In this document: positions 49,367 through 58,366 of the stretch, piece after piece
Layout of the letters: every line of letters begins with the position of its first letter
How positions within the stretch are numbered: position 1 is the first letter of the stretch
Source of the DNA: Oceanispirochaeta sp.
Lineage (GTDB): Bacteria > Spirochaetota > Spirochaetia > DSM-2461
Reading direction: 5' to 3'
Length of the DNA: 64,000 nt
Assembly: GCA_963666275.2 (NCBI GenBank)
Contig: CAXXOA010000001.1
Coordinates: 1,984,001-2,048,000 of the forward strand
The notes under the pieces: generated by a model
What the model saw: only the letters and a program-made list of their open reading frames with translations
Databases searched by the model: none
What the model was told of the DNA's origin: nothing
Translations under genes and position numbers: made by a program

Positions 49367-50575
49367 ATGAGAAGTATCAGCAGTTCGGAAAATTCAATCC
49401 CCCTATACAATGTTTCAGAAATCACCTTTCTGATTAAATCCCAGCTGGAGGAACAGTTCCGGTTTATCCGAATCAAAGGAGAAATCGGAACCTTCAGAAA
49501 GGCTGCTTCGGGTCATTGCTATTTTGTCCTGAAAGACAGGGATAGCCTGATTAATGCCGTCATTTTCCGTTTTCAGATGGAAAACCTTGATTTTATCCCC
49601 CGGGACGGCCAGTCAGTGATCGTCCTGGGCCGGATTTCTGTCTATCCCCAGAGAGGAAACTATCAGATCATCTGTGAAACCATTGAACAGGTGGGACAGG
49701 GAGACATCCTTCTTATGCTGGAGGAGAGAAAAAAACGGCTTGCAGAAGAGGGCCTTTTTGATCCTTCCGGAAAAAAGCCCCTGCCCCCTTATCCCCGCAG
49801 GATCGGTGTCATTACTTCAGCGGGAGGAGCGGCACTTCAGGATATCATCAGAGTTCTGAAACGCCGGATGAACGGTTTTACCCTCTATGTGTATGACTCG
49901 CTCGTACAGGGAGAGAAAGCCCCGGCAAGTCTGATCGAAGGCATCAGGTATTTCCAGGATTTTCCAGTGGATGTGCTGCTCCTTTCCCGGGGGGGCGGTT
50001 CCATGGAGGATCTCCTCGCGTTCAGTGACGAAGGGCTTGTCAGAGCTGTTGCGGATTCTACTGTTCCGGTTATAACAGGTGTGGGACACGAGATAGATTT
50101 TACCCTTGTGGATTTTGCCGGTAATTACAGAGCCGCCACCCCCTCAGCGGCAGCTGAAATACTTTCACAGTCTGCCGTAACCATACGTTCGGAAGTGAGG
50201 AGCCTCAAAGAATCTCTGATCCGTTCTGTGGAACACCGGGTGGATATCAGGATACTTCAGTACAACGAAAATGGGAAAGAGAGACTGATTGGAAATTACA
50301 GAGATTACCTGGATGCTCTGAAGCTGAAAATGGACAGCCTCAATACGGATATATCCAGAAATACAGAATCAGCCATCCGGAACTACAGACACAGAGTGGA
50401 ACTCAATCGAATGGGGATTATAAACCAGTCTCCAGAGAGTATACTGGAAAAAGGATTCTCTCTTGTTATAAGAGATGATCAGATCATCAGCAGTGCCCAG
50501 GATCTTTATCCCGGTGATCCTGTAGAATTGAAACTGCAGGATGGATCACGAAAAGCCACAATAGAGGAAGAATAA
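49367..50575 (+). CDS. xseA: Exodeoxyribonuclease VII large subunit
   Basis: SGHCYFVLKD, RGGGSMEDL, GVGHEIDFT, TPSAAAE. Confidence 0.95.
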   Translation: MRSISSSENSIPLYNVSEITFLIKSQLEEQFRFIRIKGEIGTFRKAASGHCYFVLKDRDSLINAVIFRFQMENLDFIPRDGQSVIVLGRISVYPQRGNYQIICETIEQVGQGDILLMLEERKKRLAEEGLFDPSGKKPLPPYPRRIGVITSAGGAALQDIIRVLKRRMNGFTLYVYDSLVQGEKAPASLIEGIRYFQDFPVDVLLLSRGGGSMEDLLAFSDEGLVRAVADSTVPVITGVGHEIDFTLVDFAGNYRAATPSAAAEILSQSAVTIRSEVRSLKESLIRSVEHRVDIRILQYNENGKERLIGNYRDYLDALKLKMDSLNTDISRNTESAIRNYRHRVELNRMGIINQSPESILEKGFSLVIRDDQIISSAQDLYPGDPVELKLQDGSRKATIEEE

Positions 50576-50781
50576 TGGACAGTTTTGAAAAAAGAATGAG
50601 CCGGCTGGAGGAGATCAATGAACTTCTGAAAGGGCAGAAAAGCAGCTTTTCCGAAATGACAGCCCTCTTTGAAGAGGGGATCAAACTATCCGAAAGTCTT
50701 GAAAAAGAGCTGAATCAGGCGGAACAGAAAATCATTCATCTGAAGGAAAATCTTCAGGAAAAAGGATCTGATCTCCCGTAA
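50575..50781 (+). CDS. xseB: Exodeoxyribonuclease VII small subunit
   Basis: FE....LEEI...LFEEGIKL...AEQKI; follows xseA. Confidence 0.9.
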   Translation: MDSFEKRMSRLEEINELLKGQKSSFSEMTALFEEGIKLSESLEKELNQAEQKIIHLKENLQEKGSDLP

Positions 50782-51175
50782 GGATTCCATGCTCTGTGAA
50801 AAATCCCTGATTCATCTCCAGGGCATAGAGAATGGAATAGGAGGAGGCTACGGGATTCAATGATTCCGGCTGAAGATCATGGATCTCTTTGATAACGCCT
50901 TTTTTATTGATATATGCCACCGAGAGGGGTATGTAGGTATTTTTCATCCAGAAAGAGACCTTCCTCTCCGCCTCAAAAACAAAAAGCATTCCCTCCCGGG
51001 GACCCAGCTCTTTTCGGAACATAAGTCCCTTCTCCCTCTGTTCCGGAGTGGATGCCAGTTCGGCTGATATTTCTATCCCATTAATGCTGAGTGTACAGGT
51101 CTCCAGCTTCTCTTCTCCCTGACAGGAGAACAATAGCAGCAGGACAAGGGAAGATATAATAATTTTCAGACGCAT
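50732..51175 (-). CDS. DUF192 family lipoprotein
   Basis: GLMFR, GMLFVF, FWMKNTYIPL; LLFSC lipobox. Confidence 0.88.
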   Translation of the reverse strand: MRLKIIISSLVLLLLFSCQGEEKLETCTLSINGIEISAELASTPEQREKGLMFRKELGPREGMLFVFEAERKVSFWMKNTYIPLSVAYINKKGVIKEIHDLQPESLNPVASSYSILYALEMNQGFFTEHGILTGDQILFPEDFPSDE

Positions 51176-51775
51176 TTAAAAATCCTTCAGGAATTCTTCT
51201 CTCGTTATTTCCGTGAATCCCTCTTTCGCTCTGGCATCTTCCAGGAATCCCTGAAAGGTTTTTTTATCAAGGTATTTCAGTGTGAGAGGGTATTCCAGAG
51301 TGAGAATAACATCCTCGTCCTCCCAGACAGTGCCATCGGGAGAAATATCCCGGGGATCTCCGTATTTGCCGATAAGATCCTGCTGAAGAGTAAAGAAATC
51401 AATCTGATCCCTGTTGAATGTTAGAATTATAAGATAGAGAAGATCCTCATTGAACTGAAAGAAACCTTCCTCAATAAAACCCCTGCCCTGACTGGTAATA
51501 AGATACCGTTCTCCCAGGTCCTGAAGAGAAACATCCGGATCTCCTCTGTAATCAAACCGGGATTCCGCAATCAGAGCCGTTTTAACCTGTTCCAGAGGCA
51601 TCCCCAGCAGGAGATTTCTGTATCCCCGGGGCAGCCTGACCGGAGCGGTACTTCCATTGCTTCCGCTGACCTCCTCCTGACCGGAAGGCCCTTCCATTCC
51701 GGGGACTTGAGAAAAGAGAGCCTGGTATAGGAACAGTAGAAAGAGGAACTTGAATTGTATTTTTTTCACAGACAT
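51176..51775 (-). CDS. Exported hypothetical protein
   Basis: Signal peptide; LLGM...KYGDP motif. Confidence 0.65.
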   Translation of the reverse strand: MSVKKIQFKFLFLLFLYQALFSQVPGMEGPSGQEEVSGSNGSTAPVRLPRGYRNLLLGMPLEQVKTALIAESRFDYRGDPDVSLQDLGERYLITSQGRGFIEEGFFQFNEDLLYLIILTFNRDQIDFFTLQQDLIGKYGDPRDISPDGTVWEDEDVILTLEYPLTLKYLDKKTFQGFLEDARAKEGFTEITREEFLKDF

Positions 51776-51886
51776 CTTACTGATTTTATCGGCGGATTGG
51801 TCTTTTTAAAACAGATGTTTCCAAATATTTCATGTTTTATCATGCTGCCGTTTACTCTGGGCTTAATCTTGTATTATGATATTTTC

Positions 51887-53332
51887 ATGAATAAGAATAC
51901 CCTGTTCAGGGGTTTTTTCCTGTTTTTCGTTTTAATCTCGAAACTAACGGCAGCAGAGAGCAGTCCGCAGTATGAAATTCTCATTCAGAACAGAGAAGAA
52001 TATACCCGCGCCCCTTCCCTGCTTGACAAGGATCAGGATAGGCCTTTTGAGTTTACCCGAGGGCTTGAGATCCTGACAGATATTCCTAAAGTCAAAGTTT
52101 TTATTTCGGACCGGGAAGCGGGAAGAACGCCCTATGAAGATTCTGACCTCCCTCTGGGATATTACAGAATCCGACTGGAAAAACCGGGCTTCCCGGACCT
52201 GGAGGTCAGGGTGCTTATCAATCAGGATAAAAGAACAATCCTGAAAGTAAGCTATATAGGCGAGCCCACAGAGGACAAAGCAGGTCAGGAAGCACTTCTT
52301 CTCAGAGAAGGAGCATTCTACAGCAGCTTCAATCCCGAAGATCCACTTTTTTACACAAGGATCCACTTTTCCAAAGAACAATTTGAAAATATTAAACCCG
52401 ATATCATTGTGATTGATAATGAGAATTATCCACTGATAACCCTTAATCCCTCCCTGGAGGAAGAGAATTATTTTACCTATTACTGGGATGGTTTTGATAT
52501 TGAAGGGAATCCTGTAAAAGAGGGAGATTTTCATCTCTATGCAGTTGAAGACTACAGAATCACATCCCCTTTCAGCATCAAACGGGGATTCACAAGGAAA
52601 GCCGCTTCTGCTTTTTCCGGTTTTTCCGGTCTGAGCCTTGTTTCTGCGGGGCAGCTGATTTTTCCCGGAAGTTTTCAGTTCGGTTCTTTTTTCAGCGGGG
52701 ATTCCTGGAACAACGGCGAGGAGACTTCCGGAAATCTCCCCTTCTCCTTTTTTCTCCGTTTTTCTCCTGTTTCCGGATGGGAATCCTCTCTGAATATGGA
52801 AGTTTCCATGCAGTCGGACAATTCCATCCCCCAGATAAAAGCCTCAACGTCTCAAAAAGTTCAGATTTATGGAAAAATGCCTTTTATGATGGCCCTGGAC
52901 GGCCGTTTTTCCTACAGATCAGATATCAATGACCTTCATCAGATCGAATACAATCATCTTGTAAGAGATCCGGCAGGAGCCTCTCTGGCTGTTCCGGTGC
53001 AGTTTAAAGTGGATGTGTGGGATATTTATCTGAGTCCTGAATTTTTATATTCCTTCTCACCCCTGACTCCCGGCTCTTCAGAAAAAGACGATTTTACGGG
53101 TGTTTTCCGCTGGGGTGTTTCCTATACAGACAGATATTTTCAGGCCGCCTACTCAAATGCCCTCTACTCTCTCTCCTACAGAGAAAACCCCATTATCGTA
53201 CAGACTGCCATTGACCTGAATTTTTTTCTCCCCCGATCGCCTCTGTACCTTCTGCTGAACATGGTCTATCAGAAAACACACAATACAAGCAACACCCTCT
53301 CTTTCGGGACGGGTGTAGGGTTTCTACTTTAG
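51887..53332 (+). CDS. Exported PEGA + FlgD-Ig-like + probable beta-barrel protein
   Basis: PEGA (GRTP...GYYRIRLEKPG), WDG.D..GN.V..G FlgD-Ig motif, C-terminal SFGTGVGFLL; start moved to ATG 51887. Confidence 0.65.
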   Translation: MNKNTLFRGFFLFFVLISKLTAAESSPQYEILIQNREEYTRAPSLLDKDQDRPFEFTRGLEILTDIPKVKVFISDREAGRTPYEDSDLPLGYYRIRLEKPGFPDLEVRVLINQDKRTILKVSYIGEPTEDKAGQEALLLREGAFYSSFNPEDPLFYTRIHFSKEQFENIKPDIIVIDNENYPLITLNPSLEEENYFTYYWDGFDIEGNPVKEGDFHLYAVEDYRITSPFSIKRGFTRKAASAFSGFSGLSLVSAGQLIFPGSFQFGSFFSGDSWNNGEETSGNLPFSFFLRFSPVSGWESSLNMEVSMQSDNSIPQIKASTSQKVQIYGKMPFMMALDGRFSYRSDINDLHQIEYNHLVRDPAGASLAVPVQFKVDVWDIYLSPEFLYSFSPLTPGSSEKDDFTGVFRWGVSYTDRYFQAAYSNALYSLSYRENPIIVQTAIDLNFFLPRSPLYLLLNMVYQKTHNTSNTLSFGTGVGFLL

Positions 53333-53635
53333 GAGTTTCACAAGCAGGAAAGGAATGGACAGAAGGAGGAGGAATCCAGTTATCCAGAAGAAACGGTCGG
53401 GAATCCTGGAAAAAACACTCCTTTTGCTCTCACCGGACACCCTCTTCTCCACTGATTTCCCGGGACTCCCATCCGCCAGATAGCCGCAGGAGGGACATCC
53501 GTTGGTAAATAGCGCCGATGGACCGGAGAAATCACAGGAGGGACACTTAACGGCTTTGAAAAGAACCCCGCAAAAGGGACATTCATTGCACTCTCTCTCC
53601 ACTTTCCGGCCGCAGTTATCGCAGTAGAATCCCAT
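53324..53635 (-). CDS. Double zinc-ribbon membrane protein
   Basis: Four CxxC pairs plus a C-terminal TM helix. Confidence 0.75.
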   Translation of the reverse strand: MGFYCDNCGRKVERECNECPFCGVLFKAVKCPSCDFSGPSALFTNGCPSCGYLADGSPGKSVEKRVSGESKRSVFSRIPDRFFWITGFLLLLSIPFLLVKLLK

Positions 53636-53647
53636 GAAACCCTTCCA

Positions 53648-56600
53648 TCACTTCTTTTTGATGGCCAGAATGGTAAGGTCATCATACTGTTCATCTTCTT
53701 TTAAATGGGAGTAATAGATGTACTCCGGGAACTCTTCATCAGGAATGGGATTGCGGAAGTACTCCCTGTACTGAACAAAGTGTTTTTTGAGGAAATCATC
53801 CACTTTTCTGTCAATCCGGATCCTGTCGTCGCTGCCGGCAGAAGGATCGGGATTCAATCTGAATATCTTTTCCACAGCTGTCAGCGCCAGAACCGCCTGA
53901 TCAATATCACCGGAACAGCTTGTAAAATCAAAATCCAGAGGCTGATCCGGCTGAGGATTATGATATTTAAAGAGCGAGTAGGATTCCCGGTGCATGGAAG
54001 CTTCGATTACGGCGTGAATCCTGTTGAATCCGAACTCCTCGAAATCACTCTCCTTTTCATGGGTTTTCAGCATTCCCTCCCGGTCCTGACCGCACTGGTC
54101 TTCACAGCTTATGAGTTTGAAGTTGCTGTCCCTGAAATGCCTCTGGGCCTCTTCAATACCGTCTGTGAACAGGAAAAGGACATCTCCGCTATACATCTGA
54201 TGAGGCAGCTGTTTATAGGATTTATCTCCTTCCAGCATAAAAGAGGGAAATACACCTGCAGCGGGAACTTCATTGATTGTTTTGATAAACATCTCATTCT
54301 TCTTATTGTTGTATATGTGCACCAGGTTATCTCCGGCATTACACATATAGCACTTTCCTGTTTTGACATTCATCAGTATGACAATAAATGCGGCGAATCG
54401 CCCTTCAAATCCAACCTCTTCAAGAAGGTCATTAATACTGTAGACAAGCTTTTCAAGATGGATCCCATCTTTTTTCACATTCACAGTTTTGAAGTAGTTA
54501 ATAAAAATCGTGGCGACTTCCACCATGATCAGAGAGGCGGGAATACCCTTACCGGCAATGTCGCATTTGATGATGGCGTAGTGTTCCTCATCAAGCTGCC
54601 GGAAGTCGAAATAGTCTCCCGAAACACCCTTTGCCCCTTCATAGTAACCGTAGAAGTGGGCATATTCATTGTCCAGTTCTCCCGTGGTCAGCTTTCTGTT
54701 CCCAATGGCCATTGTCTCCAGGGGGATGAACTTTTTCTGAATCTCTTTACCGAGTGTCAGTTCCTTACTGGCCGCGGCGGCTTTAACAAGTCCTTCGGTC
54801 ATCTGGTTGAAGGTGCTTGCCAGTTCTGAAAGCTCATCCCGGGTCTTGAGTTCGATGACATGATCGGACAGTTTGGATTTATCCTGGGTATCCCGGACAA
54901 TTTCCACCGCCCTGACAAGCCGTTTGATTGGCCGGATCAGTGTCTGGGCCAGGAAGATGGCACCGAACAGACCGGCTCCGATAGCCAGCAGGGTAATAAT
55001 AGCTGTAATCCGGATGATATTCTGCTGGATCCTGATAATCTCATTCTGAATATTCTCTATGGAAACTTCCAGCCGGACAATCCCCCTGAAATAGGTGTTC
55101 ATACCGGCATTCCTGTATACAATAGGTTTATAGAATAGAAATGACTGCTGCTGGGGAGTAAAGTTCTCCGCAGTAAACTCGGGATAGGTCCTGACAGTAT
55201 TGGAAACACTCTTCAGTTTATCGTTGATTTCCCGTTCAATGCGGCTGATCGTATCCTGAATAATTCTCAGTTCCGCCAGAGACGCCTGGTCTCCCCGGAG
55301 GGCCAGACGGACCGCATCTTCCGACAGCTGATCCAGCTGCTGGTTCTGGTCTCCGATCAGAGAAGCGGCGTTCTCATTAATTTCGTTCTGAAGCTGAATA
55401 ATGGAATCATTCAGGACATCCTGACTTCTGGTTTCCCCCGGTGTAAAATCTTCAATAAGATCTGAGACAGAAAGCATTTGATAGAGATCCACACGGTCCT
55501 CTTCTTCGGGAGCGCTTAAATCCAGAGGGCCTGATCCGGTCCGGTATCTATCAATGAGACTGTTAAACTTTTCATCACTCCACTCTTCCGGTTTTTCTAG
55601 ATCATCGGGATCGACAGTTTCAGGAAAGACCTGATAGGCGTTGATATTTTCATTATTCGAGGCCCAGATATAGTTATAGTTTTCGGGATCGTTTACCCCG
55701 ATACCCGTAATGGTTGTATTCATGGCGTCTTCCATGGCACTGATCTGTCCCGGCAGAAGCCCCAGCTCCAGTCTGTTCTGTGTGGGCAGATAGCTTCTGG
55801 CACCGCTAGCCAGAGTTTCCAGAAGGAGGGCGCTCTTTTCATAAAGCCCCTCTGACAGATTGGTCTGCTGTGTTGTGATCATGTAACGGCCCAGGAATAT
55901 GGAAACCGTCAGGGTTACAAAAAGTACAAGAGAAAGGATGGCCAGGACAAACTTCAATCTCAGACTGAAACCTCTTTTTTTCATACCTTTTAACTTCTCC
56001 TTTTTCAATTGCACAGTCAGAGGACTGCCGTCAAGAACTGCTTTAACATCCCGTTCCAGTTCCCGGCTCTCTCTCAGAACCTGGAATATCACGGCTGTTG
56101 TTACAAATGTAGAGATAAAAAGCAGAACCCCTATGATGACGAAGAGCGTTCTGTTGATATTCCAGATCTGCCTGGCCATCCTGACAGGCTGCCAGAAAGT
56201 TTTATAGTCGTAGGAAAAATCTCCGAACCGGACTGTACCGGTGGAATCCAGACGGAGCTGTCCTCTGGCAAAGACCAGTCCCCTTTCGGGATGGATCACT
56301 CCGACCCTGTAAAGGCCCTCCTGAAGAACCTCAACAGTAACATCTTCAATAATCCTGTCAGTACGGACGTTAAAATCCCCTGTTTTGAACTCATAGTCCC
56401 AGGGGGATCGGCCGTCTCTGTCAATAATAACGGAAGTGACATCCCCTCCGGCTTTAAATCCCCGTCCAATGAGACGAAGAACAACCCGTTCCAGCCGGTC
56501 CCGGCTGGACTGTATATCGCTGATATAGGTGACGGGGATGTATTTATTGGTCCGGAAAAAGAGGGTTTTAGGTTCCGATGCGTTACCGACATCATCAAAA

Positions 56601-58366
56601 GCAACAACCGAAAGGGCCCAGATCCCGTTATCCCTGTTTGTGTACTGTACTCCCGCCCGGCTTGTCAGGACACGCCGGGGTGGTTCGGGCAGACGCAGAA
56701 TATCCGGATCAATAAAATCGGCGTTTTCTCCCAGAAAATTCAGATTATAGCTGTACCCGCCCAGAAACTCCTCATCCGTATTCCAGAGTATTGAGAATGT
56801 ATTACTCACAAGATACCCCATCTCATCGGTGGGAGGTTTTGCAAAGATAACCGGATCGGGAGCCTGGGTATCTCTGATAATGGACACTGTAAGCGTGTCG
56901 GACCAGTTGCCCGCATAATCCACGGTTTTAATATGGAAATACCAGGATCCGTCTTCATCCGCAATGAATGTTCTGGTTCTTTCCCGCAGATCCGCCTGGT
57001 CTATATCTTCGGGAGGCTCCGTTTCAGGGTTTCTGTCCCAGAGATAGGAGAATCCCATAATTCCGGAAGAGTCAGCGGGTTTACGCCAGGACAGGACCGC
57101 CTGGTCTCCCCTCTGGCGTCCTCCGTTCCTGAAATTCTCTGTTCTCAGCAGAGGCTGGGGAGAGGTCTTGTCCGGACGGAGCAGGTAGGTATAGCGTCTT
57201 TCCCTGAAGGTATTTTCCCAGGTGACAAAAAGATCTCCTCTGAAGGAGAGCCAGGATCCGTAAGTGGAATTTCCCCGTATAAGACTGAGATTTTTCTCCT
57301 GCCAGAAAATACCGTTCCGGCTGGCCAGAATGATCTGATTTCCGTTTCTGTTGTCAAAATAGAGAACATAGGGGAATCCCCTGTAAAAAGTGACTTTCGG
57401 AGCGGCTGTAAAATTGGTTCCCCGGGAGACCTGTTCAAAATCGTCGACTTTTTCCCCCCGGCTGTTCAGCTGCTGATAGTAGATCTGGGGTGCTTCCCGG
57501 CTGAGTCTTCTCTCCCAGACAAGATAGATGCGGCCATTCTCCGCAGCGATGTGGGGTCTCTGGTTGTCAAACTGGAAAAACTCATAATCCTGTCCCAGCC
57601 TGTATTCACTGAAATCCGTTACCTGAACTTCCCGGGACCACTGATCCTCACCGTTCAGTCTGGATTTGAAGTAGATCTGATAGGAGTTTCTGTTCCCAGT
57701 GAATAGGGACTGAAAGACAAGATATTCCCCCTGCTCATCAAAGGCGTAATAGGGCAGAAAGTTCTGTTTCAGATCGGTATTGTCTATAAAATGGGAGAGA
57801 GGCTCCCAGGTCCTCCCGTTCGGGGAAACAGTGGAAAAAATGGAGAGGGCTTCTGTCCCGTTGGGAAGGAGGATCCTCTGGGTCAGAAAAAGCAGCTGAT
57901 TTCCCTCTCTATCCCTGAAAAGCCTGGGAACGACCACTGTGGAATCGGTCTGTACTGTAGAGAGCTCTTCAAGAGCGGTCCGGGTCTGATTGAGCTGATA
58001 GATCCCTATCTCTCTTTCCGACTGGGCGATGGCGACCACCGGGACTCCCCTGGCATCCTGGGAAAGCGAGAAGATGGAAACTGAATCTTCGCTAGTGTAT
58101 TCCACAGGCGGCAGCATCCTGACGGGAGAACTCCAATTGGTACCATCCTCCGAATAGGAACCGAATAGTTCCACCACCCCGGGAGTACTCTGATTATATC
58201 TCTGCCACAGTGTAAAAATATATCCCTCATCGGAAACAACAGACTGGGGATAGAAGGCCCCTGAACCTGAAATATCCAGAGGATCCTCCCAGTAAAGCTC
58301 TTCCTGTGCGCGGAGAGAGAGGGTGAAAACGAGGAGAATCAGCAGTATGGGAATATATTTCTTCAG
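53648..58366 (-). CDS. Large membrane sensor phosphatase: Asp-box beta-propeller + Fn3-like + TMs + HAMP + PP2C/SpoIIE
   Basis: GDYFD, CDIAGKG, FTDG and DDLT PP2C motifs; RDELSELA.TFN.M HAMP. The frame stays open 63 codons upstream of the tracked start and gives the signal peptide LKKYIPILLILLVFTLSLRA-QE. Confidence 0.85.
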   Translation of the reverse strand: MKKYIPILLILLVFTLSLRAQEELYWEDPLDISGSGAFYPQSVVSDEGYIFTLWQRYNQSTPGVVELFGSYSEDGTNWSSPVRMLPPVEYTSEDSVSIFSLSQDARGVPVVAIAQSEREIGIYQLNQTRTALEELSTVQTDSTVVVPRLFRDREGNQLLFLTQRILLPNGTEALSIFSTVSPNGRTWEPLSHFIDNTDLKQNFLPYYAFDEQGEYLVFQSLFTGNRNSYQIYFKSRLNGEDQWSREVQVTDFSEYRLGQDYEFFQFDNQRPHIAAENGRIYLVWERRLSREAPQIYYQQLNSRGEKVDDFEQVSRGTNFTAAPKVTFYRGFPYVLYFDNRNGNQIILASRNGIFWQEKNLSLIRGNSTYGSWLSFRGDLFVTWENTFRERRYTYLLRPDKTSPQPLLRTENFRNGGRQRGDQAVLSWRKPADSSGIMGFSYLWDRNPETEPPEDIDQADLRERTRTFIADEDGSWYFHIKTVDYAGNWSDTLTVSIIRDTQAPDPVIFAKPPTDEMGYLVSNTFSILWNTDEEFLGGYSYNLNFLGENADFIDPDILRLPEPPRRVLTSRAGVQYTNRDNGIWALSVVAFDDVGNASEPKTLFFRTNKYIPVTYISDIQSSRDRLERVVLRLIGRGFKAGGDVTSVIIDRDGRSPWDYEFKTGDFNVRTDRIIEDVTVEVLQEGLYRVGVIHPERGLVFARGQLRLDSTGTVRFGDFSYDYKTFWQPVRMARQIWNINRTLFVIIGVLLFISTFVTTAVIFQVLRESRELERDVKAVLDGSPLTVQLKKEKLKGMKKRGFSLRLKFVLAILSLVLFVTLTVSIFLGRYMITTQQTNLSEGLYEKSALLLETLASGARSYLPTQNRLELGLLPGQISAMEDAMNTTITGIGVNDPENYNYIWASNNENINAYQVFPETVDPDDLEKPEEWSDEKFNSLIDRYRTGSGPLDLSAPEEEDRVDLYQMLSVSDLIEDFTPGETRSQDVLNDSIIQLQNEINENAASLIGDQNQQLDQLSEDAVRLALRGDQASLAELRIIQDTISRIEREINDKLKSVSNTVRTYPEFTAENFTPQQQSFLFYKPIVYRNAGMNTYFRGIVRLEVSIENIQNEIIRIQQNIIRITAIITLLAIGAGLFGAIFLAQTLIRPIKRLVRAVEIVRDTQDKSKLSDHVIELKTRDELSELASTFNQMTEGLVKAAAASKELTLGKEIQKKFIPLETMAIGNRKLTTGELDNEYAHFYGYYEGAKGVSGDYFDFRQLDEEHYAIIKCDIAGKGIPASLIMVEVATIFINYFKTVNVKKDGIHLEKLVYSINDLLEEVGFEGRFAAFIVILMNVKTGKCYMCNAGDNLVHIYNNKKNEMFIKTINEVPAAGVFPSFMLEGDKSYKQLPHQMYSGDVLFLFTDGIEEAQRHFRDSNFKLISCEDQCGQDREGMLKTHEKESDFEEFGFNRIHAVIEASMHRESYSLFKYHNPQPDQPLDFDFTSCSGDIDQAVLALTAVEKIFRLNPDPSAGSDDRIRIDRKVDDFLKKHFVQYREYFRNPIPDEEFPEYIYYSHLKEDEQYDDLTILAIKKK

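Noticed and set aside
53705..54829. 374-aa antisense ORF and other long shadow ORFs (e.g. 36530-37195, 56009-56794, 56933-57706)
   Set aside because: They lie opposite well-supported genes and show no recognisable motifs
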